Shown: piece by piece, positions 8,666 to 19,211 of the stretch
Layout of the letters: each line of letters opens with the position of its first letter
Numbering within the stretch: the stretch's first letter is position 1
Source: a virus
IMG/VR virus record: IMGVR_UViG_3300027917_001949
Location: 1-64,000 of that record
DNA length: 64,000 nt
Reading direction: 5' to 3' (one strand)
Position numbers and translations under genes: made by a program
Notes under the pieces: model-generated
Seen by the model: the letters and a program-made list of their open reading frames with translations, nothing else
What the model was told of the DNA's origin: nothing
The model's database searches: none

Positions 8666-11101
8666 ATGAGTGATACAGTTCTATCAGGTAGATGGGTAGT
8701 TTACTACAGTGTAGAAAACCGCCAAAAAAGAATTTATAGAGATACATCAGTCTCACCTACGACAACTGACACAGTTAGGCAACTATACTCTGCCCTACAA
8801 GATTTATTCGATGAAGTTAATCAGATGGACGATGGTATCCCAATCAGATATGCTACTCCTACCGAGTACGCTATTGGTATTATTGATGCTGGTGATAAAG
8901 ACCCGTGGTTTATCGATAAGCAGAGTGCTGAGTATCTGACTGGTGGTGCTATATCAACCGCTTCTTGGACACGTTCTGAAGGTTCAAATGTAGGTATTAT
9001 ACGTGTTCCACGTACCGGTACTAATATCGTTGAAGCTGATATTGGTTACGACATTGTCGGTGATTCTGACAGTGATACTGGTACTCTATTAGATGTCCAA
9101 GGTAGTTATCTATGGATTCGTCCAGATACATATGCTGCCGGTAACAGTTTTGATAACGCTTCACAGAATCTGACTTGTAATGGTCACACGGATGCTCAAA
9201 ATGGTGCACCAGAATCTGGTGAAATGTTGTGGGCTAATATTTACTCTCTTGGTACTATTGAAACTAATACACATCTTTATGTGTACCAAGACGGGACTAA
9301 TTTAGTCGCTTACAAGGGTTCGTCAGACTGGTGGAGTGATGGTCACATAGATTTATTGGTTTGTGTACAAGACCCAGACGGTTTAATTGATGAAGGTTAT
9401 ATTACCGTGATGGCTCGTCAGTACTCAAAGACTTATTCATACTATACAGTTGACTTGAGCAATGGTGGTCGTAACCCTATTCCTTTGCAGACTGGTGACG
9501 ACCTAAACAACGAAAGTGGTTATCGTCAGATGGTACTAACAGATGCTACCGATGAGTTTACTGTTGGTGAGGTTATTACTGATGATGGTGCTACAGACTT
9601 ACCGAAAGGTGTCGTAACTTCGTCAGAGGGAACAGCACCAAATGTTACAATTCAGTACTATTTAATCGGTGACCCACTTACTGAATTTAATTCCGGTACA
9701 GGTACATTTACAGGTGAATCGTCAGGAGCACAGGCAACTGCGGTTGACCCTTCAAACGTAGGTCCAGCAGGTTTGTCTGGTCTTTCAATTACTCATTCTG
9801 CAAATGAAACATTCGATGTTAATGAAGATGGTACTACAGAAAATTACTCAATCGTTATCGACTGTAGTGATGAGCGTCTTTCTGATGTCTATGAGTGGGT
9901 TAAGTATATAACAAGACGTGGTGACACCGGTACTGGTAATACTGACGGTATTGAGGGTGAACAGTATCTTGGTAGTGACTACCGTATTGTGTACACTACC
10001 TTGAATAACACTGTCAGTGAGGGTGACGTGGTGACACAGTATAGCGGTGGTTATGGTACTGGTTATGTTGCTACCGGTACAGTTGTTGCCCACAACACTA
10101 CTGACAAGATACTTATTCTCAGAAGTTCAAGAGATACGTTTAACAATACTGACCCAATCTACGTAGACGGTTCAAACTACGTAACTGGTCCTACCTCAAC
10201 GGCTATTACTCCTATCGCAGCTTCACCTTATGGTACGTTTGCTGGTGGTAAGTTCTTCTGCGCTCCAGGTGTAGTGCTTGATAACATTGATGCTGCTGAT
10301 AACAACAACTATCAGTTGACAGATGATAACGGAAACGTTGTTACTGCTCCTACTAAAGTGTCTATCACTGTCGGTAACTCAAGACAAGGTGATAGGATTG
10401 CAGTATTCAGGTTAGCTTCTGCGGGTGGTATAATTGAGAAGGACGCATACACGATTGACTCAGGTCAAGGTGGTGCAGGTTCTTCAATAATCAAAGTTGA
10501 CCCCGCAATTGAGACAGATGAACCTGGAAAAACTGCTGGTGGTGTTGTAAGGGTAGTTGATGTTGAAAATCAGCGTGAGGACAGGTACAGGTTTATCAGT
10601 TGGAACGGTGACGAATTTACTTTGTACACTGCGTCAGGTACGGCTGATGCTGGTGGTAGCCAGACGTCATTGGTACATGCAGGTGTCGATTTCACCCCTT
10701 CAGGTATTGATGTTCTTGTTGGAGACATTGTTCTCAATGTTACCGAAGATACGTATGCGTTTGTCACTGTTGTCGCATCTGGTCAATTGACATTAAGTAA
10801 TACTGGTTCAGCAAGACCGGTAACTGATTGGTCAAGTGACGAGTACCAAATTGGTGTGACGATTACTGGTTATTCAGTATCTGGTACTGCGTATGTCCCT
10901 CTTATTGATATACATGAGACCGAGGGCACTGATGAGAGTGCGGGTTCAGCATCATCTCTTGTAACCTTTGTAAGTACTATTCCAGTTAGAATTAGAGCAC
11001 GTCAAGCAGGTGATATTACCCCGTATGAAGCTGACTCAACTGTGACGTCTGCGGGTATGAGCAACAACATTATTCGTAACTCAGATACGGTTTATGTGTA
11101 A
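8666..11101 (+). CDS. Large acidic virion structural protein
   Basis: 811 aa D/T/G-rich; FTVGEVIT-type repeats. Confidence 0.6.
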   Translation: MSDTVLSGRWVVYYSVENRQKRIYRDTSVSPTTTDTVRQLYSALQDLFDEVNQMDDGIPIRYATPTEYAIGIIDAGDKDPWFIDKQSAEYLTGGAISTASWTRSEGSNVGIIRVPRTGTNIVEADIGYDIVGDSDSDTGTLLDVQGSYLWIRPDTYAAGNSFDNASQNLTCNGHTDAQNGAPESGEMLWANIYSLGTIETNTHLYVYQDGTNLVAYKGSSDWWSDGHIDLLVCVQDPDGLIDEGYITVMARQYSKTYSYYTVDLSNGGRNPIPLQTGDDLNNESGYRQMVLTDATDEFTVGEVITDDGATDLPKGVVTSSEGTAPNVTIQYYLIGDPLTEFNSGTGTFTGESSGAQATAVDPSNVGPAGLSGLSITHSANETFDVNEDGTTENYSIVIDCSDERLSDVYEWVKYITRRGDTGTGNTDGIEGEQYLGSDYRIVYTTLNNTVSEGDVVTQYSGGYGTGYVATGTVVAHNTTDKILILRSSRDTFNNTDPIYVDGSNYVTGPTSTAITPIAASPYGTFAGGKFFCAPGVVLDNIDAADNNNYQLTDDNGNVVTAPTKVSITVGNSRQGDRIAVFRLASAGGIIEKDAYTIDSGQGGAGSSIIKVDPAIETDEPGKTAGGVVRVVDVENQREDRYRFISWNGDEFTLYTASGTADAGGSQTSLVHAGVDFTPSGIDVLVGDIVLNVTEDTYAFVTVVASGQLTLSNTGSARPVTDWSSDEYQIGVTITGYSVSGTAYVPLIDIHETEGTDESAGSASSLVTFVSTIPVRIRARQAGDITPYEADSTVTSAGMSNNIIRNSDTVYV

Positions 11102-11110
11102 AGGAGCTAT

Positions 11111-11431
11111 ATGATAAGTGAAGAGGAGTTGCAGTTTGACCTAGATAGCTTGATACAACTCCAAGCTAAAAGGAAAGCCACCATTTCAAGGTTGAAGGAA
11201 GCGATTGATGCAGAACGTCAGGCTTATAGTGAGCGTGAACAGATTATCTCTGTGCTTAGAGATGGTGAACAAACCGACATTGTAGTACATGATTTGGATA
11301 TTTTGTATAACGAACAATCCAAGAGGAATGATAACATAGCAGACCTTAACAATGTTATTAACACAGAACTTGAAGCAATGTCACATGAGTTAGATATAAT
11401 TGAAGCGATAAAGTTGGGAGAGTCGTCATAG
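11111..11431 (+). CDS. Hypothetical coiled-coil protein
   Basis: ORF with RBS, internal duplication. Confidence 0.6.
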   Translation: MISEEELQFDLDSLIQLQAKRKATISRLKEAIDAERQAYSEREQIISVLRDGEQTDIVVHDLDILYNEQSKRNDNIADLNNVINTELEAMSHELDIIEAIKLGESS

Positions 11432-11432
11432 T

Positions 11433-12299
11433 GTGGCAAATTTTACGTTCGACAAAGTCAATAAGCTCGTCATTGTTGATGCACCTGAAACAGAGGTAAC
11501 GGTTCAGGAGATAGTTAATGCCGTTCGAGATTGGTCGGACGAATTACAGAACATGGAAGTTGAGACCTTCATGTTTGTGTCTGGTAAGGAAGCTCTAGGT
11601 GGTGGGGTGTACGTTGGAATAACGTGTGTGTTTGTGGTGTGGAAGTTACAGTTTGAAGGCAGAGCAGGACCTGATTGGACAGTTTGTAAGATAACGGGAG
11701 GTAACTTCATCGGTACGAATGAGAACGGTGAAGAGCAAGTACCGATTCAACCATCAGCATATGTTACGGTATTAAGTCAAGCTTCCTCATCTGCGACTAT
11801 CATTACTACGAGCGGAATAGTTGGTAGTAGTGTTTGGTCTGAGGCAGAGAAAGACCAGATTATTGAGGATGTTGGTAGCATTGAGACAACAGTTGCTGGT
11901 ATTGACACCAATGTTGATGCGCTAGGCATCACTCTTGCAGGTGTGGTTTCTTCATTAGGTACAATCCAAACTACTCTTGACGAAGTTCACGCTATGGTAA
12001 GCGGACTTGAAGTTACGCTAAGTGGTAGTGAGCAACTTACAGCAATTTATGAAGCAGTAACCAATACGGAACAAATAGTCAGTGGTATGGACATCACCAT
12101 TGATGCGATTGATTCTAATGTAGTGACTATCGGTACATTGGTAGAACTTTTAAGAGATGCTAATTGGAATAAGAAAGTCCTTACGAGAATTAATGACAGT
12201 CTCTACAAAGAAGAACTGTATGATGACGCTGGATTAGTGGTGATTAGAACACACCGACTAAGTGCAGTTGGTGATGTTGAGACGAGGGATACATGGTAG
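11433..12299 (+). CDS. Virion protein with coiled-coil stalk
   Basis: Beta N-terminus, heptad I/V-D/T repeats in C-terminal half. Confidence 0.55.
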   Translation: MANFTFDKVNKLVIVDAPETEVTVQEIVNAVRDWSDELQNMEVETFMFVSGKEALGGGVYVGITCVFVVWKLQFEGRAGPDWTVCKITGGNFIGTNENGEEQVPIQPSAYVTVLSQASSSATIITTSGIVGSSVWSEAEKDQIIEDVGSIETTVAGIDTNVDALGITLAGVVSSLGTIQTTLDEVHAMVSGLEVTLSGSEQLTAIYEAVTNTEQIVSGMDITIDAIDSNVVTIGTLVELLRDANWNKKVLTRINDSLYKEELYDDAGLVVIRTHRLSAVGDVETRDTW

Positions 12300-12326
12300 A
12301 TAAAATAACATTAGGACTTACTTGGT

Positions 12327-12923
12327 ATGAATAATAACGATTTAATTACAAGTGATTTCGGGGGTGGAACTGTAAAGGTCACCACCAGAACTGAGGCAAG
12401 AAAGAAGGTTCTGTCCGAACTCGGTTTTGCCATACTAAAAGACTATGAACGTGCTTATCCAGAGCTTAGTGTATCTGAAGTTCTATCACTTTTGGCAAAA
12501 GACCATCCAGAATTATGGATATATGATGGTACAAAGCGTATCATTCATGACCGTGTGGTTACGACAGCCTTCGTTAACGACATTGTTGACAATTTGATTA
12601 CAGAAACTTCTGCGTTTGGTGATTATAAGTATCATGATTCTGGTGAAGATAACACGGCTGAGAATGCTTCTGATACAGGTCTTGGTACACCGTGTGGTGA
12701 AGCTCGTGATACCGGAACACAGGTTGAAGGGTCACAAACTTATGAGTATAAGTCAGTTGCAACACACACTTATGCTGGTTCATTTACTATTACTGAACAT
12801 GGTTTATTTAATCAGTCATCTGGTGGTATTCTTATGGATAGAACGGTTTTTACCGGAATTCCAGTGTCTGCATCCGACCAGATAGAGTTTACTTTTACGA
12901 TTCAATTTGCCGCTGGTAGTTAA
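12327..12923 (+). CDS. Virion structural protein
   Basis: DTGLGT, ITEHGLFNQSSGGILMDR, IEFTFTI typical of fibre/baseplate-attachment beta domains. Confidence 0.55.
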   Translation: MNNNDLITSDFGGGTVKVTTRTEARKKVLSELGFAILKDYERAYPELSVSEVLSLLAKDHPELWIYDGTKRIIHDRVVTTAFVNDIVDNLITETSAFGDYKYHDSGEDNTAENASDTGLGTPCGEARDTGTQVEGSQTYEYKSVATHTYAGSFTITEHGLFNQSSGGILMDRTVFTGIPVSASDQIEFTFTIQFAAGS

Positions 12924-12925
12924 TT

Positions 12926-13387
12926 ATGAAGGTAATTAGAGGGACATGCAACCGGTGCGGGGAGTGTTGTGGTAAGACTACTAATAAACCACCATTCGGA
13001 TGGGGTTTCTTTGAAATAATACTTCAAACTGAAGGTAACACTGACTTTCCGTTCGACGCTTTACCGGAAGAGAAGCGGTATATCTGGAGTTGGGTAAATG
13101 CTGCTCTAGATAATAATAGAAATGTTCGTATCGGGTCACGTAACTATACCTTGATAGTGAGAACTGGTGTTGGGTTAATCAAGGAAGATGGTAATAATGA
13201 GTGTCCATTCCTACTGACTGATGGTAGTTGTGGAATTTGGGACGAAGTAAGCGTTTCTATTTGGCATGATGCTCTTTGTAAAAGTGCGTTCCCGTACAAT
13301 GGATTTGTACTCCCTGATGGTGCAGATAATTACGAACAATTTTTTGTTGACCATCCATCTTGTAGTTACTACATCAATGAGGAGTAA
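12926..13387 (+). CDS. Second YkgJ-like CxxCxxCC protein
   Basis: GTCNRCGECC...CPFL..DGSCGIW...CKSAFP. Confidence 0.7.
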   Translation: MKVIRGTCNRCGECCGKTTNKPPFGWGFFEIILQTEGNTDFPFDALPEEKRYIWSWVNAALDNNRNVRIGSRNYTLIVRTGVGLIKEDGNNECPFLLTDGSCGIWDEVSVSIWHDALCKSAFPYNGFVLPDGADNYEQFFVDHPSCSYYINEE

Positions 13388-13389
13388 AA

Positions 13390-15540
13390 ATGACAGCTAC
13401 ATTAATCACTTCAACTAACCAATATTGGTATGGTGTCGGTAACAGAGCAGTATTTGATGTCTCTGGAACTCCTTATGTTGTCTTGCGTAATTACGGTGAC
13501 TATATAAGTGTGTTTAAGAAAACAAATGGTAGCTTTTCTGAGCAAGACTCAAGTAACAGACCATCTGAAACCGGTATGAAGCACATGGATGCGAGACTTG
13601 ATGGAACAACTATCAAGATTGCGTACGGTCTCTATGTTACTGGTGTTAATTGGTTGGTCAGGTATGTAGAATTTGACACATCATCTGACACGTGGGGTTC
13701 TCCTGAGACAGCCGTTAGTCATGCTTATGAGGAATACCCATCTGCAAACTATGATACTTGTCGTCTCGATATAGATAGTTCAGGTTACGCACACATAGCT
13801 TATGGTAGGATTTATACCCACCATGGAACTAATTACCGACATATTTATCATGTTTGGGAAACTAGTGGTGGTTGGCAAACTCCAGAGAGGATAACACCTA
13901 CTGATGCTAATAATTATCAGATAAAGTCAGTTGCGATGGATTCTTCAGACCGTTTTATCACCATTTATGATGATGTTAGCGGGGGAGATTTAGTTCACCG
14001 CTCTCGTAGTTCCGCAGGAACATGGGATACTGAAAACATAGTATCAAGTAATCCGAGTACCAATTCTTATTGTTCTATAGCTTTAGACAGTTCTGATGTA
14101 AGAAAGGTTGCTTTAGAGGACTATTCACATTACTTAGATATACGTTCTGGTACATCTGGAGCTAACCCTACATGGTCTGATGACGGTAGTGACGAGGATA
14201 CGGGTGTCTATTACCCATCAATAGGTATTTACGGTACAAATAGGTATGTAGTTTATGAGGATAGTGTCGCTTCTCCATATGCTATTAGTTTAGCAAAAAG
14301 AGAAAATGGTAGTTACTCTGTAGAGTCAGCAATTGAGCAAGATTCAACGTATGAATTCGCTTACCCAATTATAGAACATCCCGTACGTTCCACAGGGTTT
14401 CATTATATTTGGATTAAATGGACTGATGATGACTGGTACTGGAATGAGTATTCTTTTGCAGGAGGGGTGACACCTCAAGCAGTCGGTGGTGGTACAGTAT
14501 CGATTTCTGGGGACCTATCTAAAGAATTAACATTACATAAATCAGTTGGTGCTGGTAGCGTAACTCCTGCGGGTGATGTCTCGATTCGTCGGCTTCTTAC
14601 TCACATTGGAGTTGGTAGCGGTTCAGTACCCATTACCGGATTATTATCGAAAAAGACGTTTAAAGCAGTTGGTTCTGGGGTTATAAACCCGTTTGGTATC
14701 CTATCAACTACAAAGAAAATTCTGCAATCAGTTGGTGGTGGAACAGTAACTCCTGTAGGAGTATTGTCATTTTGGACGAAGTTTTTCCAGTCCGTAGGTA
14801 ATGGTGTCGTAACATCGTCTGGAACGTTAACTTTCTGGAAGAGAGTATTCCAAGCGGTAGGTGGTGGTACGGTTACTCCAACAGGAACACTCAGCTTATG
14901 GAAGAAGTCGTTCCAATCTGTCGGTAACGGTGTCATCAGTGTTGCTGGTACACTTACATCCTGGAAGAAAGCTTTCCAATCAGTGGGAGAAGGTATTGTT
15001 ACTTCTTCTGGTGAGTTATCAACATCTAAGAAGTCATTTCTTAACGTTGGTTCTGGTGTTGTGTCGATATTGGGTGTTCTTGATAAGCACAGAAAGACTT
15101 CTCTAACTGTTGGTCAAGGTGTCGTATCTATTGTAGGTTCGTTGATTGCAACCCCATCTGTACCACCAACAGGAATATTGAAGCATATTGGTGTCCTTAC
15201 TGACGGAGCATTTCCAAATGTACCTAATTCTGATGTTACCGCTAGGATACCTGTTTTAACGGATGGTGCGTTCTTACCGTTCTTCATCATTGCACCTGAA
15301 CCCGAGATAATCGTCTTTGGTGTAACGGATAAGGGATACACTAAAATATCAGACTTCCCATTCATTATAGCACAAGACTATGAACTAGAAAAACATAGTT
15401 CAAAGAGTACGACTCGTATTACTGATGTTGAACGTGAAATTATCGGTTCGACTGAGAAGAGTGATGTTGATAGTAAAAATGTAGAGAGAATAGTGGACAC
15501 TGATGTTACTGACATTAGTGACACTAACATTGAGGAGTAA
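13390..15540 (+). CDS. Fibre-like virion protein: propeller-like head plus repeat stalk
   Basis: DSSG/W-rich propeller-like N-terminus; about 21-aa tandem repeats. Confidence 0.6.
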   Translation: MTATLITSTNQYWYGVGNRAVFDVSGTPYVVLRNYGDYISVFKKTNGSFSEQDSSNRPSETGMKHMDARLDGTTIKIAYGLYVTGVNWLVRYVEFDTSSDTWGSPETAVSHAYEEYPSANYDTCRLDIDSSGYAHIAYGRIYTHHGTNYRHIYHVWETSGGWQTPERITPTDANNYQIKSVAMDSSDRFITIYDDVSGGDLVHRSRSSAGTWDTENIVSSNPSTNSYCSIALDSSDVRKVALEDYSHYLDIRSGTSGANPTWSDDGSDEDTGVYYPSIGIYGTNRYVVYEDSVASPYAISLAKRENGSYSVESAIEQDSTYEFAYPIIEHPVRSTGFHYIWIKWTDDDWYWNEYSFAGGVTPQAVGGGTVSISGDLSKELTLHKSVGAGSVTPAGDVSIRRLLTHIGVGSGSVPITGLLSKKTFKAVGSGVINPFGILSTTKKILQSVGGGTVTPVGVLSFWTKFFQSVGNGVVTSSGTLTFWKRVFQAVGGGTVTPTGTLSLWKKSFQSVGNGVISVAGTLTSWKKAFQSVGEGIVTSSGELSTSKKSFLNVGSGVVSILGVLDKHRKTSLTVGQGVVSIVGSLIATPSVPPTGILKHIGVLTDGAFPNVPNSDVTARIPVLTDGAFLPFFIIAPEPEIIVFGVTDKGYTKISDFPFIIAQDYELEKHSSKSTTRITDVEREIIGSTEKSDVDSKNVERIVDTDVTDISDTNIEE
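14473..15145 (+). repeat. About 11 degenerate 21-aa (63-bp) coding repeats, FQSVGxGxVTxxGxLxxWKK
   Basis: Visible in translation of 13390..15540. Confidence 0.85.
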
Positions 15541-15541
15541 A

Positions 15542-15817
15542 ATGGCATTACCATGGTATATTGGAGAAACTAAATATGCGTACGCTTTGGTAACTGCTGC
15601 CACCGGCACTCCGGTTATTGCTTCTGGTGTTTATACAATTTATGATACAGAGGATGAGTCTATCGTTGCAAGTGGTGTTGCGGGGATTAGTGGGACGACT
15701 TTGTATTGTCTATGGACTCCGACTGAAAGTGGTATATACGTAGTTGATTTTGATTACGTTGTAGGTCAAGAAACCCACACGTCACGTCAGGTAGTAGAAG
15801 TTAAGGAGACAATGTAA
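15542..15817 (+). CDS. Small Ig-like virion protein
   Basis: Start MALPWY after GAGGAG; WTPTESGIYVV motif. Confidence 0.6.
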   Translation: MALPWYIGETKYAYALVTAATGTPVIASGVYTIYDTEDESIVASGVAGISGTTLYCLWTPTESGIYVVDFDYVVGQETHTSRQVVEVKETM

Positions 15818-16293
15818 TGGCTTTCAAGACATCTAATTTAGAAGAATTAATTGCACCGCTTCGTTTACAGATTGGTGACTTAGCAGCGACACCAACGTAC
15901 TCTGATGAGACATTACACATGGTTCTCAGGGATGCAGTGTCTTCCCTTATGCGTAGGTGGAATGACCGGTACTACGTCGATGTCGAAGGTGTTGTTCACA
16001 GAAATAGTGGAGTTACTTTTATATGGTCAAGCCCACCGGTGATACAAGCCGGTGACAGGAGACCAATTATTGTTCAAGCTTCGATTATGATAAAGACCGG
16101 AAAGAAATTTTCTGAAGCTGGAAACGCAATCTCATGGAAGGACGATGAAATTTCCTATAGTAACAGAGAGTCAGCTATCCAGACTAGCTCCTCTCTTAAA
16201 GATGACATAGATGAACTAAATACTTTGCTACCCGTTAAATTGGCTGGTACTAAATATGGTAGATTGTACGGGTGGGACAAAGATTGGGATTAG
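15817..16293 (+). CDS. Putative head-tail adaptor
   Basis: LRLQIGD....YSDETL motif; synteny. Confidence 0.6.
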   Translation: MAFKTSNLEELIAPLRLQIGDLAATPTYSDETLHMVLRDAVSSLMRRWNDRYYVDVEGVVHRNSGVTFIWSSPPVIQAGDRRPIIVQASIMIKTGKKFSEAGNAISWKDDEISYSNRESAIQTSSSLKDDIDELNTLLPVKLAGTKYGRLYGWDKDWD

Positions 16294-16358
16294 AGTATCA
16301 TGATGGTTAATCCTGTAATGGACGGGATTCCAAACTAAAGTATATAAAGGAGAATATT

Positions 16359-17066
16359 GTGGTAGAATCAAGGGAAGGAATTGCGTTGCGTCTGATTCAA
16401 TTATCAGATTTGCACATCTCAGGTCATCGAGACCTGTTAGCTCCAATGGTGGATAGCATTAATAACGAAAGTGCTGACCTAGTTATTGTAACGGGTGATG
16501 TTGTTCACTCAAGGGATAAGGAATTATACAAGAAAGCGGCAGAATCGTTAAACAAAATACGACATAGAGTCGTACTTGTCCCAGGTGATTATGATAATGG
16601 TGATTTGTGGCACGAATACTTTGGAAGTAACCGTTATAACTCGATTTCATTAAATGGATTTGAGATAGATTTAATGGATACTTCGTTCATGGGGCATCAA
16701 TATGCACTTGGTTGGGCAGATACTCTGGAGAAGGAAGACCAAGAACAGCATGAATGGTTGCTGGAAAAGCTAAAAATTGACAAGTATCATTTAATATTTT
16801 CACATCATCCGTTCTGGGTTAACCCAACTAAGGAAGGTGACCAGTACGCACAAAACACATTACGAGCGGTATTTTCTGGGCATTTCCATGATGTGATTAG
16901 GTATTACTTTAAGTACAGTGAACCGAGGTCAACTTTTCCTAACGGTTTTGTGAGTGTTCCAATCAAGTTTCACGGAAACTCATGTTATATAAATATTTGG
17001 GTAAAAGAGAACGGTGAGATGATTAATACACCACGATTGGTGAACGTTAAAAGAACAGCATGGTAG
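16359..17066 (+). CDS. Calcineurin-like metallophosphoesterase
   Basis: SDLH, TGD, PGDYD (variant of GNHD), HHP, SGHFH. Confidence 0.88.
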   Translation: MVESREGIALRLIQLSDLHISGHRDLLAPMVDSINNESADLVIVTGDVVHSRDKELYKKAAESLNKIRHRVVLVPGDYDNGDLWHEYFGSNRYNSISLNGFEIDLMDTSFMGHQYALGWADTLEKEDQEQHEWLLEKLKIDKYHLIFSHHPFWVNPTKEGDQYAQNTLRAVFSGHFHDVIRYYFKYSEPRSTFPNGFVSVPIKFHGNSCYINIWVKENGEMINTPRLVNVKRTAW

Positions 17067-17075
17067 GTGATTAAA

Positions 17076-17228
17076 ATGACGTTAGATGAATTAAGAGACT
17101 ACATTCAGGCTTTGGGGTTAGATGACAATGCCAAAATAGTGGTATTGGTTGGCTATGATGCTGCTAATTCAGAGTTTAGAGTAATCAATGTAGATGTCAA
17201 TGGTAATATAAAGACTGTTGCCGGTTAA
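17076..17228 (+). CDS. Small hypothetical protein (50 aa, not in ORF track)
   Basis: AGGTGA RBS; MTLDELRDYIQALG...KTVAG*. Confidence 0.6.
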   Translation: MTLDELRDYIQALGLDDNAKIVVLVGYDAANSEFRVINVDVNGNIKTVAG

Positions 17229-17255
17229 TGTCGGTACAATAAAGGAGAGGATTTA

Positions 17256-18554
17256 ATGGAAGGAAATAGAGTAAAATTACTGTGGATTGGTGATTCACCA
17301 GCAGTAACTACAGGGTTCGGACGAGTTTCACAAGGAGTCTTGGAGGGGTTGTACCAGACTGGTAAGTACAGTGTCTCCGTATTAGGTATTAATCATCCGG
17401 TTGGAGACCCACATCGGTATGAGGGAATGTTCAGGATATATCCTGCAAGAACAGGTGGCAACGTGTATGGGTTTGACAGAGTTAGTGAGGTAATAAGTAA
17501 AGAGCAACCAGACATTGTTTTCATTAACAACGACCTGTGGATTGTAAGTCAATATCTACGAAGTATTCCAGAAAAGAGTCGCATCATGATATATTCACCT
17601 ATTGATGCACTACCGGTTCAAAAAGATTGGATAGCTGTTATTGAGAAAGTAAATGCACGATTGGTCACCTATACCAACTTTGCTAGAGACGGTATCCAAG
17701 AAGCAATGAAAATTCCGGTGGATATTGTTGGTCACGGTGTTGACACCGATGAATTTTATCCCGTAGATGACGCTCGAAAGATACTTGCTAACATACCAGA
17801 AGACGTATTTGTGGTTCAAAACGTAAACCGTAATCAACCGAGAAAACGTCTTGACCTGTTCTTAAAAGCAATTAAGTTATGGGTAGATAGGTTACCTGCG
17901 AGTGACAAGAAGAACGTTCGTTTCTACTATCATGGTACATTAAGAGACTTAGGATGGAACTTAACGTCATTGGCACAGAGGTGGGGTATTGATGACAAGT
18001 TCTTGATAACTGACCAGACTAACATGACCCCCGCTGCCGGTGTACCGTTGGCGATGTTGTGTCAGATATATAATGTTGCTGACGTCCATGTTATGACATC
18101 GATGGGGGAAGGGTTTGGATTGAGTCCGTTCGAAAGTGGTGCGTGTGGAGTTGCACAAGTATTACCAAACCATTCAGCTTGTAAAGAGTTATGGGAAGGT
18201 AGAGCACCATTAATTGATATTGCTGATTGGGAAGTATTGACGGGTGGTATTAATACGGAAGGTGGAATTATCGATATTGACCATTTAGCTACTATTTTGG
18301 AGGACTTGTACTACCACAGGGATAAGGTCAAGGAATATGGTAGGTTAGCGTATGAGTACACCCAACGTGAAGAATTTACGTGGTCGTATGTATCTAACCA
18401 GTTTGATAAGATGATTATGGAAATGTTAAATACCGAAGATTCATTATCAAAACCTATTGATACTCCAAAAATGGTTGAAGCACCTGTTAAGGCAGATACA
18501 ACGACAGCGGCAGGTGATGGTGTAAAAGATGACGATAAACTTTCCGTCAACTAA
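17256..18554 (+). CDS. Second GT-B glycosyltransferase (GT4-like)
   Basis: KLLWIGDSP..TGFG, GHGVD, NRNQPRKRLD, TSMGEGFGLSPFE; paralog of 1712..2839. Confidence 0.92.
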   Translation: MEGNRVKLLWIGDSPAVTTGFGRVSQGVLEGLYQTGKYSVSVLGINHPVGDPHRYEGMFRIYPARTGGNVYGFDRVSEVISKEQPDIVFINNDLWIVSQYLRSIPEKSRIMIYSPIDALPVQKDWIAVIEKVNARLVTYTNFARDGIQEAMKIPVDIVGHGVDTDEFYPVDDARKILANIPEDVFVVQNVNRNQPRKRLDLFLKAIKLWVDRLPASDKKNVRFYYHGTLRDLGWNLTSLAQRWGIDDKFLITDQTNMTPAAGVPLAMLCQIYNVADVHVMTSMGEGFGLSPFESGACGVAQVLPNHSACKELWEGRAPLIDIADWEVLTGGINTEGGIIDIDHLATILEDLYYHRDKVKEYGRLAYEYTQREEFTWSYVSNQFDKMIMEMLNTEDSLSKPIDTPKMVEAPVKADTTTAAGDGVKDDDKLSVN

Positions 18555-18984
18555 AGCAACAAAAGATGCAATACGAAACGCAATTGGGCAGACGGTCACC
18601 TTTGTAATTCGTGGTGAAGCGACAGCATGTCCCGTTTGCAGCGGTCTTGATTTATACGATGGTGTAAATGAGGTAAGTCTTGACCCGTATTGTGAGACTT
18701 GTTCTGGGTATTACTGGATAACGAGTGATGTATCTTCTGGAGTTGTTGCCCACGTTAGATGGAGGAATGAGGACGAACCGGATAGAGGTGTCGGTGGCTC
18801 AATACCTGAAGGTAACTGTTATGTCACTATCGACATTGACGCATTATCCGAAGATAGCATTGTAAAAATAAAAGAAGTTATTGTTGACTCTAGGAAGCTC
18901 CAAGTTTACCGAGCAATCCATAGAGGAGTTCCTCAGAGAGACCGCATCAGGTTTGTTTGTAAGGAATGGGGAAAGGAGAATTAA
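18529..18984 (+). CDS. Putative head-closure protein with Zn-finger
   Basis: CPVC/CETC; synteny in neck module. Confidence 0.5.
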   Translation: MTINFPSTKATKDAIRNAIGQTVTFVIRGEATACPVCSGLDLYDGVNEVSLDPYCETCSGYYWITSDVSSGVVAHVRWRNEDEPDRGVGGSIPEGNCYVTIDIDALSEDSIVKIKEVIVDSRKLQVYRAIHRGVPQRDRIRFVCKEWGKEN

Positions 18985-18985
18985 A

Positions 18986-19210
18986 ATGGCTAAAGAGTTT
19001 CAAGGTTTAACCGAGCTTGAAATTGTTAAACTGATAAACAAGAAGAAGAGTAGATATTGTGCGATGGCACTAAATGACCTTGAGGAGGAAATATCTAATC
19101 CTGACGAATATAAAAAGGCAAGGAAGATTTTTCTCGATAACATGAACAGTTTTACAAGGAGTCTGTTTACTGTGATTGGAATCGATGTTGAAGGTATAGA
19201 GGACGATTAA
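18986..19210 (+). CDS. Hypothetical protein
   Basis: Start MAKEFQ after AAGGAG. Confidence 0.6.
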   Translation: MAKEFQGLTELEIVKLINKKKSRYCAMALNDLEEEISNPDEYKKARKIFLDNMNSFTRSLFTVIGIDVEGIEDD

Positions 19211-19211
19211 A

